DNA of 57,459 nt, taken from contig NC_057720.1 in NCBI RefSeq assembly GCF_004010195.1, forward strand, positions 34,778,453 through 34,835,911. Direction: 5' to 3'. The position numbers were made by a program, and so were the translations under genes. The DNA comes from Chiloscyllium plagiosum (taxonomy: Eukaryota). Numbering within the stretch: the first letter of the stretch is position 1; each line of letters starts with the position of its first letter. Below the pieces are notes generated by a model. The model saw only the letters and a program-made list of their open reading frames with translations, searched no databases and had not been told where the DNA came from. This document shows, in pieces, positions 34,935 to 48,512 of the stretch.

Positions 34935-36557
34935 TCAGTCTATGTGGAGTGGTTTGCTTTCTAGAAACAAGTCTTTGCAGACAGAAAGAATGTGTATGCA
35001 TATATAGTTCCTGTTTTAACTTAATAAAATAGGCAATAGACAATCTCTGGTTCACTCCTCATGTCAATGCCTTGACCAGTCAAACTGCTCACTTAAATTC
35101 AAGCAAAGTTTGTCCACTCACTATCAGTAATCATTTTAACTGGTGCATGTGACATCTGTCGCACTTGCATTTTCCTGGTGCTGACAAATGGATTCTTACT
35201 CTTGCATTGCTACAGTTGAGCATACCCTTACCAGCCTTCAACAACACATCCAAAACACCCCATCACTGGCTCTGTCTGCAAACAAAAATCAATTTCATAA
35301 AGGTGTACATCTTGCATCAGACATGATATACCTGCAGATTCTGACAGGAATCTCCTGAAACATTCCCCAATTCCTTGCAACTATGAACAGAATTTCATCA
35401 TGATAGCTATAACCTGTCCAATAATAATCATGGTAGGTGCTTGCATTAGTTTTGCTTTCAGCAGTCTTGCACAATTTTCAGTACAGCAAATGAAAACAAA
35501 CTGAGAAACTGTTGGAAGGAAAACACCCGGGAAGGTTAAGTGAATTATTTGATGGAAAACGTCCTACTTTGGGGGTCATTATACAATTTAAAGTTAATTC
35601 TGTTGGCAAAAGAAAATCAGTTCAAGGAACTAATAAAGAAACCTTTTTTCCTTAAAAGCCTTCTGTGAGGTCTCAGAAATTTGAGGAAGTACTGCATGCA
35701 CATTACCTTCATCTGCAAAATCTGCTCATCAAAGTCTATTTGTGTGGGAACACTGAACCAAGTTCTTTGAATCAGCTGTAAAAACTCTTCTACCATTTGA
35801 TGCATGATCTGCTAGGCTGCAATTGGTTTTACACTGATTGCGCAGTTATTTATCTTACAATCTGAGATTGACTGATTGAGAATGTTTTTCAAAGCTTAAA
35901 GTCCTAATGAAATACCGGAAGCATCTATGGTCATAGATTACTGTATCAGTTAGCCCACATTTGAGTGCCACATCCTAATAAATTTTGATTAGGTCATGGT
36001 AAAATGCATAACATCAGTATCTAAATAAAAGCACAGCAATTCAACTCTATGATCTGAGCACAAACTGTTTATATTTCAGTCTGAATATCTTTTTCTTGGA
36101 CCACTTATAAAGGAATATCAACAAGATTACTCTATTTTAAAATTAAATATATTTACCTGCTCCTGCACACTCTTGAGAATAGCATGCTTTATACTGTCTC
36201 TCTGATTTCTTTGTACATTGGTGCAAGGCCCACACTTCTCTGCACTAAATATCATCTGCAACCCATCTGCCTGTTCCAGAAACATGTCAATTTCCCTTTG
36301 AAATTCTATACTGCCTTAAATTAATTATCTTCTTAAGGATAATTAATGACAAGCTATAAATGCTGGCCTTATCTGTAGTGGCATTCATAACGAAGATTTA
36401 TTCTGAAAAAAGAATTAGGATGAGGATTTCCGTGAATCAGCTCTTGATTGTCACTCAATATTTTTGCACTAATTATGCCCCTAACCACTGATCCATCTGT
36501 CCAGACAGCATTAATTGGTTTAGTCTTGTTGATTGAGGTGCATCTCTTTGTGATACC

Positions 36558-36771
36558 TGGAACAAAAACAGAAATTGTGGAAAAAACTCAGCAGGTCTGG
36601 TAGCATATGTAAAGAGAAGTCAAAGTTAACATTTCAGGTTCGGTGATCCTTCCTCAAACATTTTAACCTTGGTTTCTCTTCACAGATGCTGCCAGACCTG
36701 CCAAGCTTTTCCAGCAGCTCAAGCTTTTGTTTGTGATTCACAGCATCTGCAGTGCTCTCGGCTTTTATTTA
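36558..36771. mobile_element. Penelope-like foldback insertion
   Basis: Inverted arms CAGGTCTGGTAGCAT / ATGCTGCCAGACCTG; 8-bp TSD GTGATACC at 36550-36557 and 36772-36779. Confidence 0.78.
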
Positions 36772-37205
36772 GTGATACCCACAACTCAGCCAGTCTCCTG
36801 GCCATCTGTTGTTGTGCACTGCTTGACTTAAGGTGGGATTTATAATAGCAGGCCATGCAGCAGTTTGAGTGAGCTGGCAGGTTAAGAGCTGCTGGCAAAA
36901 AGAGAGAGAAATGGGAAGCTTTCCTTCCTTCTTTGGGATCCATGTAATGTGCAAGCTTGGATTGAACATTTCTGAAGACAATATTTTCTTCATCCCTCTG
37001 TTGACCTTTGAATACTGGAGACCAGCACCCCACATGCAGTCCTGTAACATACATTCAAATTGGGTAGGTATTAGAAATAACATGGAAGCTGAAGTAAGCA
37101 CGTTGGCTTTGTGGCAGCTCACATATCCTTTAACACTGGAAATTATTTCTGATTGGTGAGCAATAGATAGATATAGGAAATGGAACACAACAGAATAATG
37201 AAAAT

Positions 37206-38708
37206 TCATCCTCACTAACACTCAACACTGGAGCTCCCCCAGGGGTGCGTACTCAGCCCCCTACTGTACTCACTGTATACCCATGACTGTATCGCCAAAT
37301 ACCAAACTAATGCCATTAACAAGTTCGCTGATGACACCACCATTATGGTTGAATCTCAGATGGCGATGAAACAGACTACAACTGGGAGGTGGAAGACCTG
37401 GAAAAATGGTGCATGAAAACAACCTAGCTCTCAATGCCAGCAAAACCAAGGAACTCATTATTGACTTTCGGAGGGATGTTACTCATGCCCTCCTACATAT
37501 TAACAGCACAGAGGTGGAACGAGTGGAGAGTGTCAAGCTCCTGGGAGTGGTCATCCAAAACAAGCTTTCTTGGACTCTTCATGTGGACACACTGGTTACA
37601 AAGGCCCAACAACATCTCTTCTTCCTCAGGCAGCTGAGGAAATATAGCATGACAGCGAGTACCCTTGACAATTTTTATAGGTGTGCCATCAAGAGCATTC
37701 CGTCTGGATGTATCACGACCTGGTATGGCAACTGTACCCTTCAAGATGGGAGACGGTTACAGAGAATGGTGAACTCGGCCCGGACAATCACAAAGCCAAC
37801 CTCCCATCTATAGAATCCATCTACCAGGCCTGCTGTCAAGGAAAGGCCACCAGCATTCTCAAAGATCCATTCCACCCTGGCAATTTTTTTTATAACCTCT
37901 ACCATCGGGGAGAAGCTACAGAACCCTGAACACATGCACCAGCCGGTTTCGTAACAATTACTACCCTACTATTGTTAGAATACTGAATGGACTCTCAAAC
38001 TCTACACATTCGTCTGTACCTGTGTTTTTGTTTTTGCCACTGTTTACCTATTACAGGGAAACCTCGATTATCCAAACGTGATGGGCAGGCACGATTTCGT
38101 TCGGATAATTGATTATTCGGTTAATCAATTAAATGCCTTTCCTCTGGGGCTCGGAATTTTAAAAGTCTGCTCCCCGTTCAGGAGACTGCAGCAGCACAGC
38201 ACGCCCCCAACACTGCCCCCCGCCTGCCCCCATTCCCGTCCAGCACTGCCCCGCGCCCCCATTCCTGTCCAGCACTCCCCCGCCCCCTCTCCGGGGCAGC
38301 TGGACATGACACCAACAATAAGACTGCTGCTGCAGCTGCCTTTGTGGGGTAAGTCTCCAAATAGCGCGCGGGGGTGGGGGTTTAGGGTACACCCCTCTGT
38401 AGAACACCAGGGAAAGTGGAGAGAGAGAGAGGGCAGGAGGTCAGTCATTTGGAGATGGTGCCTGTTTAATCACTGTAAACAAAAGATGCGATCACTGTTA
38501 GAAACACATCTTTGATGTAATGTTTCTATCGGGACCTCGAGATCTCCTTTGGATAGTCCAATTTTCGGATAATTGGTATTTGGATAATTGAGATTCCACT
38601 GTATTTACTTATCTATGCTACTTACCTATGTGATCTGCCTGTATTGTACACAAGACAAAGCTTTTCACTGTGCCTCGATACATGTGACAATAAATTCAAT
38701 TCAATTCA
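37206..38708 (+). mobile_element. Rex1/Babar LINE, 5'-truncated RT and 3' UTR, interrupted by a MITE
   Basis: TLNTGAP-QGCVLSPLLYSLYTHDC, KFADDTT, NNLALNASKTKELIIDFRR, KAQQHLFFLRQLRK, FYRCAIKSI.SGCITTWYGNC; tail CATGTGACAATAAA(TTCAA)n. Confidence 0.9.
38054..38601. mobile_element. pogo/Tigger-like MITE with TA target duplication
   Basis: TIRs: left CAGGGAAACCTCGATTATCCAA; reverse complement of right end CAGTGGAATCTCAATTATCCAA. TA at 38052-38053 and 38602-38603; subterminal GGATAAT repeats. Confidence 0.88.
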
Positions 38709-39329
38709 GAATATGCTCACAGGTACCCTTCAACATTAGTGGACTCCATATCAGCCAAAAGAAAAATCAGGTTGGGATTATTCACTCAGTTCCTTGGCAT
38801 GAAAATATTTGGAATCAGCAACTTCTTCAAAACCAAATTGCATGGCAAGGAACAATTTGCTGTTTGTCAACAGTAAATATATTGGAGCAAGAACAGAATT
38901 AAGCTGCTTCACCATCCACATAGATACATGAGCTGAGGAAATACATAGGAATGAGATCAAGACAGGGATTTTATTACAGTGCTTAGAAGACAGTTACTTT
39001 ACTCTTTAAGCCTTACTCTCATTATTTATTGTGCTACACAATTATGGGATTTAACTAGTTCATTCGCAGTGAATCAAGTTATCCTATTTAGTCAATGAAT
39101 CTTACTGTTAACACTGGAAGGAATGGATGAGATGGTTACCCCCCAGGTGTGTACTTCTTCCTCTGTATCTCTGAAATAGCCATAATTTAATAATAATTGT
39201 GTCAATAAATTATCACAGTTGTCACCCAGTGTTCCTATTCAATGTTCACAAGCATTTTTCCAGGAAAAATTGCTGAAGGCAATTGGTGTCTTAAAGATCC
39301 TTGTTTAACTGAAGATAGAGATTGCTTAT

Positions 39330-40740
39330 TTATTTTTGTAATATCTGGAAACAGAAATAAGTTTGAAAAAGAAACTTTAGAAAAAACAAATTTGTAATTG
39401 AAAAAGGTTTGCATTATACAGAATATCTTTTGAAAGTCCAAATAAGACATATCAATAGCCTTCCTGTCATCAATAATCTTCAAAATGGCAATTAGACATG
39501 ATTTCTCTTTAATGCTTCCATGCTAATACTTCAAAATCAATCTGCATTTTTCCATGTTACTATTAACTGCATTCCAAATAACATTTCTGAAAGTATCTCC
39601 AACACTAAAGTTAAACTGGTTTGCCATGCCAACTTTCACAAACCTTTTTGAACAAGCACATAATGGTTACATTTCTCCAATCCTTAGGCACCAGCGCTGA
39701 ATCCAGGTAAGATTGAATGATAATTGCCAGTGCCTCTGCAGTATCCACGCACACTTCATTCAAGATCTTGGACGCATCTCATCCAGTACTGGTATCTTAT
39801 CAACTTTAAGTAAAGACAATTTTTTCAACACCTCCCCTTTAACAATTTTAGTTTACACCATAGTCCACCAGATTTTGAACACAATTCGACCATTCAGCCA
39901 GTTGAGTCTGCTCACCCATTTGATCGTGGCTGACATTTTCTCGACTCCTTTTGCCTGGTAACCCTTGCCCCCTTTACTATTCAAGAACCTATCTATCACT
40001 GTCTTAAATACATTCTATGACTTGACCTCCACAGCTTTCTGTGGCAATGAGTTCCACAGATTCACCACCCTCTGGCTGAAGAAATTCCTTCTCATCTCAG
40101 TTCTAAAGGGTCATCCCTTCACTCTGAAGCTGTGCCTCAGGTCTTAGTCTCCACTACTAGTAGAAACGTCTTCTCCATGACCACTATCCGGGCTTCTCAG
40201 TGTTCTGTAAGGTTCAATCAGATCACCTCTCATTTTCTAAACTCCACCAGGAAAAGACACAGTGTCCTCAAGCATTCCTCATAGAACAAGCCCTTTATCC
40301 CCAGGATCATTCTTGTGAACCTCCTCAGGAGTCTCTCCAATGCTAGCCCATTCTTCCTTAGATAAGGTGCCCTCACTGCCTCCAAATCCCTGAACTATAG
40401 ATATCAGGGCTGTGTCTCACTCTGGGTGTGATCTCTCCATCCTGATCATTCAATGACAGTGTTTCCTCTTCCCTTACATTGGCCTGGCCAGCTTTGCCAA
40501 ATGTTAATTTAACTCCTTGACCATGCTCTTGCCTCTCATTGGCCCTCTAAGGGCCTATTTTTGGCTCATAATTGACTGTAACTCTCCTTTTATCACCTTT
40601 GTTTTTAAACCATTGATGTATTTCCAAAGGATTTGAGGTTTCATTTTATGTAAGCTTCCAATCTTTTTTCATAATCCCTCTTTGTTTCTCACACTTGCTT
40701 TTTCACTCCCTTTCTGAATCTTCAATGCTCTGTACCCATT
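39330..40740 (-). mobile_element. Decayed CR1 region with a nested CR1 3' end (about 39870-40372)
   Basis: ORF 39235-39483 (DRKAIDMSYLDFQKIF); 39870-40372 is homologous to 26520-26816. Confidence 0.75.
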
Positions 40741-41117
40741 TCAGTGGTGGGAATTCCCCAAAAGCATAATAATAACACAACAAGATATATAGTTCACTGA
40801 TGTAAGATTGAAAAAAGTTGTGCCGTTCCATCCTTCCTCATTTGACTTCTTTAAATTCTGCAGAGGGCTTTCAAGATTTCAGAAGGTTACAACTGCACAG
40901 ATAGCAAATGGCCAGGCCTAAAAAAACTCATGTTTACGTTCTTCTACAGATACAATATTTTGTAAAAGGCAATAACTTTGTCACTCACCTTCAGGAATTT
41001 CAAAGCTGGTAACAAACAATAACAAAATGTATGGATATGCATTATATACGTTAAGTTTTCGAAGCTTTGTTAAGATCATTCTTTTTCAAACAGGTTATAT
41101 TTGCAAAGTCTCAGCAT

Positions 41118-41665
41118 TCAGGTGTCACTGGCTAGGCTAACATTTATTGTCCATCCCTAATTGCCACAGAGCAGGTGGTGGGGAGCTGTTTCCTGACCAC
41201 TGCAGTCTATATGGTGTGGGTATACATAGAGTGCTATTAGGGAGGGGGAATGCCAGGATTTTGACTGAGCAACAGTGAAGGAAAGTTGATATTGGTCTAA
41301 GTCTGACTGGTGTGTCATGCTGAAGTGGCATTTACAAGTGGTGGTGTTCAATATTCCCACTCAGCTGTGCAACCAGTAGTGAGCTCCACGCATATTGATT
41401 GACATGGCTTCTGCTTCCAGAAACAGCTTCTGTGCATGGACTGTAGAGATTCCTAAAATAGCAATAAATATTACACGGAACATTGATGGTGTGTCCAAAG
41501 ATCTGCTCCTCTTGTCCTTCTTCTGGTGAGGAAGAGTTTGGAAGGTGCTGTTGGAGGATTCTTGGTGGGTTGCTGCAATGTATCTTGTAGCTGGTCCACA
41601 CTGCTGCCATTGTGTGTCAGTGGTGGAGAGTGTGAAACTTGAAAGTGTTAGGTGGGACATCAATC
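41118..41665 (-). mobile_element. CR1/L2-clade LINE family B, 3' fragments
   Basis: GGTGTCACTGGCTAGGCTAACATTTATTGTCCATCCCTAATTGCC; minus-strand AAVWTSYKIHCSNPPRILQQHLPN is homologous to 9100-9175. Confidence 0.75.
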
Positions 41666-41759
41666 TATCATGCGATGAACTTACTACTATTGTGATATTT
41701 GTGCACCTCCAGTTCTAATATCTTGCATAATCTCAATCATAATTGCTCTGTGCTTTCAA

Positions 41760-43424
41760 GCTGGAAGATACAGAATGTAGGGAAATAGATGGTGACATCT
41801 TGAAATATGTCCATAATACAGAAGAGGAAGTGCTGGATGTCTTGAAATGCATAAAATTGGATAAATCCCCAGGACCTGATCAGGTGTACCCTAGAATTCT
41901 GTGGGAAGCTAGGGAAGTGATTGCTGGGCCTCTTACTGAGATATTTGTATCATCAACAGTCACAGGTGAGGTGCTGGAAGACTGAAGGTTGGCTAACATG
42001 GTGCCACTGTTTAAGAAGGGTGGTAAGGACAAGCCAGGGAACTATAGACCAGTGAGTCTGACTTCGGTGGTGGGCAATTTGTTGGACGGAATCCTGAGGG
42101 ACAGGATGCACATGTATTAGGAAAGGCATGGACTGATTCGAGATAGTCAACATGGCTTTATACGTGGAAAATTATGTCTCACAAACTTGATTGACTTTTT
42201 TGAAGAAGTAACAAAGAAGATTGATGAGGGCAGAGTGGTAGACGTGATCTATATGGACTTCAGTAAGACGTTCAACAAGGTTCCCCATGGGAAACTTGTT
42301 AGCAAGGTTAGATCTCATGGAATACAGGGAGAACTAGCAATTTGGATACAGAATTGGCTCAAAGGTAGAAGACAGAGGGTGGTGGTGGAGGGTTGTTTTT
42401 CAGACTGAAGGATTGTGACCAGTGGAGTGCCACAAGGATCGGTGCTGGGTCCACTACTTTTCATTGTTTATATAAATGATTTGGATAAGATCTTAAAAGG
42501 TACAGTTAGTAAGTTTGCAGAGGACACCAAAATTGGAGGTGCAATGGACAGCGAAGAGGGTTACCTCAGATTACAACAGGATCTGGACCAGATGGGCCAA
42601 TGGGCTGAGAACTGGCAGATGGAGTTTAATTTAGATAAATGTGAGGTGCAGTATTTTGGGAAAGCAAACCTTAGCAGGAGCTATACACTTAATGGTAAGA
42701 TCCTCGGGAGCGTTACTGAACAAAGAGACTTTGGAGTGCAGGTTCATAGCTCCTTGAAAGTAGAATCGCAGGTAGATAGGATAGTGAAGAAGGTGTTTGG
42801 TATGCTTTCCTTTATTGGTTAGAGTATTGAGTACTGGAGTTGGGAGGTCCTGTTGTGACTGTACAGGACATTGTTAAGCCACTGTTGGAATATAGCATGC
42901 AATTCTGGTCTCCCTCCTATCGGAAAGATGTTGTGAAACTTGAAAGGATTTAAAAAAGATTTACAAGGATGTTGCCAGGGTTGGAGGATTTGAGCTAGAG
43001 GGAGAGGTTGAATAGGCTAGTGCTGTTTTCCCTGGAGCGTCAGAGGCTGAGGGGTGACCGTATAGAGGTTTATAGAATTATGAGGGGCATGGATAGGATA
43101 AATAGACAAGGTATTTTCCCTGAGTTGGGGGAGTCCAGAACTAGAGCGTATAGATTTACGGTGAGAGGGGAAAGATATAAAGAGACCTAAGGGGCAACAT
43201 TTTTGTGTATGGAATGAGCTGCCAGAGGACGTGTTGGAGGCTGGTACAGTTGCAACATTTAAAAGGCATCTGGATGGGAATATGAATAGGAAGGGTTTGG
43301 AGGGATATGGGCCGGGTGCTGGCAGGTGGGGCTAGATTGAGTTGGGATATCTGGTCGGCATGGACGAGTTGGACCGAAGGGTCTGTTTCCATGCTGTACA
43401 TCTCTATGACTCTATGACTCTATA
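41760..43424 (+). mobile_element. CR1 (HER1-like) LINE, 5'-truncated, RT domain to 3' tail
   Basis: KSPGPDQVYPR, PLFKKG..NYRPVSLTS, YMDFSKTFNKVPH, SGVPQGSVLGPLLFIVYINDL and SKFAEDTKI, with several stops; (CTATGACT)n tail. Confidence 0.95.
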
Positions 43425-43709
43425 AGTTGTCCAGACTTCAATTTCTGGAATATCCTCCTGTGTCACTTTCCTCCTTTAATACCCTTCCTAAAACCCACTT
43501 CTTTGACAAAACTTTCAGTTATCTAATGTAATGTTTTATATGCCCTAGTGTTTTTGAATGTCAGGACAGGCTGAAAGGGCTAAGTGATTTACCTCTGTTC
43601 TTTAAAAGACAAGTTTTTAAAAATTCAGTTGGCAGATCTCAGTCAGGATGATTAGGATTTTAAAATGTACAGGAGGGATAGAAAGGTTAGTCAAATTCCT
43701 TATTATGAT

Positions 43710-44506
43710 AGGTAAAAACAATGACTGCAGATGCTGGAAACCAGATTCACGCCCACCCAACAACCCACCCTCCCGTCCTGGCACCTTCCCCTGCCACCGC
43801 AGGAATTGCAAAACCTGCGCCCACACCTCCTCCCTCACCTCCATCCAAGGCCCCAAAGGAGCCTTCCACATCCATCAAAGTTTTACCTGCACATCCACCA
43901 ATATCATTTATTGTATCCGTTGCTCCCAATGTGGTCTCCTCTACATTGGGGAGACTGGACCCCTACTAGCAGAGCACTTTAGGGAACATCTCTGGGACAA
44001 CCACACCAATCAACCACACCGTCCTGTGGCCCAACATTTCAACTCCCTCTCCCACTCAGCCGAGGACATGGAGATCCTGGGCCTCCTTCACCGCCGCTCC
44101 CTCACCACCTGATGCCTGGAGGAAGAATGCCTCATCTTCCGTCTTGGAATACGTCAACCCCAGGGCATCAATGTGGACTTCACCAGTGTCCTCATTTCCC
44201 CTTCCCCCACCTCACCCCACTTCCAAACTTCCAGCTCAGCACTGTTCCCATGACTTGTCCTACCTGCCTATCTTCCTTTCCACCTATCCACTCCACCCTC
44301 CTCTCTGACCTTCATCCCACCCCCATTCACCCATTGTAGTCTATGCTACTTCCTCCCCACCCCCACCCTCCTCTCATTTATCTCTCCACCCTTCAGGCAC
44401 TCTGCCTCTATTCCTGATGAAAGGCTTTTGCCTGAAACGGCGATGTCCCTGCTCCTCGGATGCTGCCTGAACTGCTGTGCTTTTCCAGCACCACTCTAAT
44501 CCAGAA
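43710..44506 (+). mobile_element. Penelope-like element: short inverted pLTR, GIY-YIG endonuclease remnant and 3' pLTR with hammerhead motif
   Basis: ORF 43648-44112 (CHRRNCKTC...FTCTSTNIIYCIRCSQCGLLYIGET...FREH...PVAQHFN); CTGATGA at 44414-44420; 15-bp TSD TCCTTATT(A/C)TGATAG at 43697-43711 and 44507-44521. Confidence 0.93.
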
Positions 44507-45174
44507 TCCTTATTCTGATAGTCAATTGCTGCTGAATGGAGACCAGGTAGACCATACATAAGGGCACAACTGGGATTTACCTCGTTCGCTTGAATAAACA
44601 GCCTTTACTCATAAGACTAACACATGAATAATGAATGGCCCAATGGTGAAGTCACTGCATGAAGTGAGCCCTTTGTCCATCAAAACCTAATCGAGAAAGA
44701 ATCCTTACAACAGAATAGGCAAAGAATCAACAGACATTACCAACTACACTGAGAAGGAATTCCAAATAGATTAAAAGTACATGCTACACTGAATTTCAAA
44801 GGCCAACTCTGATCTTTTCCCAGATGACACTGCTGGTTCCATGTGATATTTGTCACTTCTACCAGTATGTGGTACTCGGTAAAGGTTGGTTGAGCTAGTT
44901 TGTTGCCAAATCTTGCTTTGTGCTGGGAATATCTAGTGAGTATTGGTAAAAGATACACCATTATAAAGTAATTAGACAAGGGGCACTGATCATACTTAAC
45001 AAGAAGGTTAACTGCATAATAACAATAAGTACTATTACATTTGGTCAAGCAATATTGCAAGACCTTAGGAAACTCATACAGATCCATGTACTCTTTCTGT
45101 AAGCATGAGTAAAATGCTTGTCTCCACCCCCAGATTGAGTACCAGTGGAATGGGTGAAGCCGATGTAATATTTA

Positions 45175-45481
45175 CTCATAGAATCATAGAGATGTACAGC
45201 ATGGAAACAGACCCTTCAGTCCAACCCGTCCATGCCGACCAGCTATCCCAACCCAATCTAGTCCCACCTGCCAGCACCTGGCCTATATTCCTCCAAACNN
45301 NNNNNNNNNNNNNNNNNNNNNNNNNNNNNNNNNNNNNNNNNNNNNNNNCTTATATCTTTCCCCTCTCACCCTAAACCTATGCCCTCTAGTTCTGAACTCC
45401 CCAACCGCAGGGAAAAGACTTTGTCTATTTACCCTATCCATGCCCCTCATAATTTTGTAAACGTCTATAAGGCCACCCCTC
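45175..45481 (-). mobile_element. CR1 3' end spanning a 50-N gap (45299-45348)
   Basis: TCATAGAATCATAGAGATGTACAGCATGGAAACAGACCC is the reverse complement of the CR1 terminus. Confidence 0.9.
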
Positions 45482-46484
45482 CTTCAGAACTGTTAACTTA
45501 TTCAACCATGGAAATGAAATATATGTTTTAAAAAACAGCATTCATCACTCTTTGTACATTTATTTTAATAAATTACTGAAAAGCTATATAGATTTCATCC
45601 ATATTGCTTATTCCATTGAGTTAATCAGAGGTAGCAGACATTTTGAACAGAAAACATCAAATATACCCTGAAGGTACTGTAAAGTCACAGGGCTGGTGGA
45701 CAATTCGCCCCTGAAATCCCCAAAATGTCTGAGAAGTTTAATCATGGGAACAACCAGAGAAAATTCACCCTCCTTATGTTGACCACTCAAATTATCTGAG
45801 ATGCTGCTGCTCCAATTAGAGGCTGTTTCCATTGCCTATAAGCAACAAACTCAAGACTGAAGCAAGCTGTGACTGTAGCAGCATAGAGTAGATGAGTGGC
45901 AGCAGTGAGTAAGGCTGCCAAGGTTGCAGTGCTGGTGAAGAGAAGCTGGAAATGGGAGAAAGGGGCTGTAAATGAGGAAGAAAGGGAAAGGGAAGCCACA
46001 ATCAGGTGAGAGCAATTTAAAACTGTCAACAAAGGAATACAGCTCCAGGAAAACCTGAAGTAATGAATTCCTTACAAATGAACATGGCATCTCTAGCTTA
46101 AAGCTGCAGAAGTTCAGGAGCTACAATTGTGGAAAGCATAGTGGATGTTATTCTAATAAACACTGACAATTCGATAATTTAATAGTGAGCAGTTTTATTT
46201 CATTAAAATTTGAATTTATAGAATCATAAAATTGTACAGTGCAGAGTTTGTGTCATTAAATCACGTAACTTCTATCAAATTATAAATTACTCACTATTTA
46301 GTAGTTGTTAGAGACAAAACATGCAATTGTTTAGGTATGACTCAATCGTCCACAGGACGTAAGCTAAAGCAATTTTTGTTTACATACAAAACTGATTTTC
46401 TAAAAACATTTTGTTGCTAACTAATGGCAGTTGTCATATAATATTCTAAAAATTGTAATGTCTACAAAATTAATGACCACAAGA

Positions 46485-47310
46485 ATATAAGCCGATTAAG
46501 ACTAAAGGCAGAAGTAGGCCAATTCCAAATCTGCTCTGCTATTTAAAGCGATCATGGCTGATCCAATTATCCTTAATTCTATTTTCTTGCCTTTTCCCCA
46601 TAATCTTGAATTCCCAGACTGATTAAAAATCTGCCCATGTCATAAATCATTCAGCCTTTGTGGTAAAGAATTCAACAGATTCACTATCCTTGGGAGAATA
46701 AATTCCTACTCTCTCTTCAATAGGTGAGTCTTTACGGAGGTTACGGATTCCAGTCCTGGACTCTCCTACAAATGAAAACAACTTCTCAGCGTCTACTCTG
46801 TTCACCTCAAGAATCACATTTGTTTCAATAAGATAGCCTCTCATTCTTATAAACCTACTCAACCGCTCCTCCTTAAAAAGTCCCTCCAATTCCAGAATTA
46901 ACCTAATGAAACTTCTCTGGACTGTCCCAATGCCACTTTGTCTTCCTTAGATAAGAGGACCTAAACTATTCACAGTATTCTCGGTTCAGTCTAACCAGTG
47001 CCTTGTATGGTTTTGGCCAAACTTTGCCATTTTCACATTCCATTCCTTTTGAAAAAAGGGCAACATTCCATTTGCCTTCCTTCTTATCCACTGAACTTGA
47101 TTGCCAACTTAGATTCATGCATGAAGACTCCTAAAACCCTCTGCCTTTTTCCATTTAAGTAATATTCACCTCTTCCTAAAGTGCATAACCTCCCATTTCC
47201 TTACACTACATCCCATTCAGCAACTTAGTTAACCTGTTTACATCTCTGTAGACTCCACATCATCCTCACCATTTGCCTTTTCAGGTCATCCACAAACTTA
47301 CCTCATCCAA
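46485..47310 (-). mobile_element. Old CR1 3' portion
   Basis: ORF 46647-46889 (RMRGYLIET..VDAEKLFSFVGESRT); terminus at about 46490-46560. Confidence 0.8.
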
Positions 47311-47741
47311 GTAAATAAAGTAGATTAATGGTAATATAAGAAGCAAACATCCTTGTGTGTTGTTGCTTTCATGGAAGAATGGTGATTGAGAATTTTGATC
47401 AGCTCTCATTCTGCTTCTTTGAGAGCCCAAATACCCCATACATCAACACAAATTAGAGACTGGCAACACACACATCCCGTGAACATATAAGTTTAAAGAT
47501 AAGATATGGCAATGATTATTGAATCATCTAATGAAGGACAGAGAGATGAGAATGAAGAATGAATCCAGGAAACCAAAATGTACCCCTGGAGAAAATCTCA
47601 GGCAGGACCATCGAAATGATGTTTTTGACCCCTCCCATTCAGGAAAAAGCTATAAAGAGAAACTATGGTTTGAGTAATTTTGAATGCATGTCTCTGCTTA
47701 GGATCACATATATCTCCCATATTATTTTATATTGGGATTAT

Positions 47742-47989
47742 AAATCCAGGTTATACACAAGAGGAACCTGAGGGGCCAACCCTCAATAACTTCCTTGTTT
47801 TGATGCAAGTATCTTTCTGTCTTTGAAGCTTTAAACACTTTCTAGTCCAGATCCATGTCTTAATTTTAACGTGATACTTTATCAAAGGCCTGCAAATTCA
47901 TGAAATATGTAATATACGTCTCATCACATCATTGGAAAAAACACTCATTTTATTGATACAATGAATTTGTATTAAAGATATCACCAATA
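47742..47989 (+). repeat. Donor copy of a ~250-bp local direct duplication
   Basis: Aligns by eye end to end with 49582-49830 (about 18 substitutions and one indel). Confidence 0.95.
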
Positions 47990-48512
47990 AGTAGTGGGTT
48001 GATTCATTACTTGCAGTATTTTATTTCATTTTACAAGTTCTAAGATACACTTTGGACCTTTGGGTCACTGCGGTATTATTTTGAAATCTTTTCCCATTAT
48101 ATGAAGATTTAGCGTCATCTACTGACATATGAATTTTACACACATTCTTACTCAGTGGAAAATTGGCACATATCAAAAAATTAGAAAAATATTTGCTTTT
48201 TCTTATATTTGTCACAACCATACCAGGGACATCCTCATCTCACAGTCTGTGGATGACAAATTTGTATCGGTCACTTAGTTCCCTTGTTTTTTTTATTTAA
48301 AACTAAAAGCAGCTGCAAATCTGTTTTAACAAGATACATTTATTTTTTTGTCAAAACTGCTGGAATTATTCAAGTAAAAGCAATGAGGTTATTAACACAA
48401 ATCAAAATGTATAAAAGATTAAAACGAGGTTTGGACAAAAGACATATACAATCATGGAAGATAGATCTGTCTCAAAGATTGTTGTAGGTTTGTTAAAAGA
48501 CTTTTTTTCCAA

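Noticed and set aside
35232..35808. Two minus-strand exon-like pieces (44 nt with good splice sites; 102 nt IMHQMVEEFLQLIQRTWFSVPTQIDFDEQILQMK)
   Set aside because: The longer piece lacks a polypyrimidine tract, and neither gives a recognisable protein.
36150..36280. Minus-strand CAG|GTAAAT donor after an open frame
   Set aside because: The upstream sequence reads as decayed CR1 (AD.LQMIFSAEKC), so it is a LINE remnant rather than a host exon.
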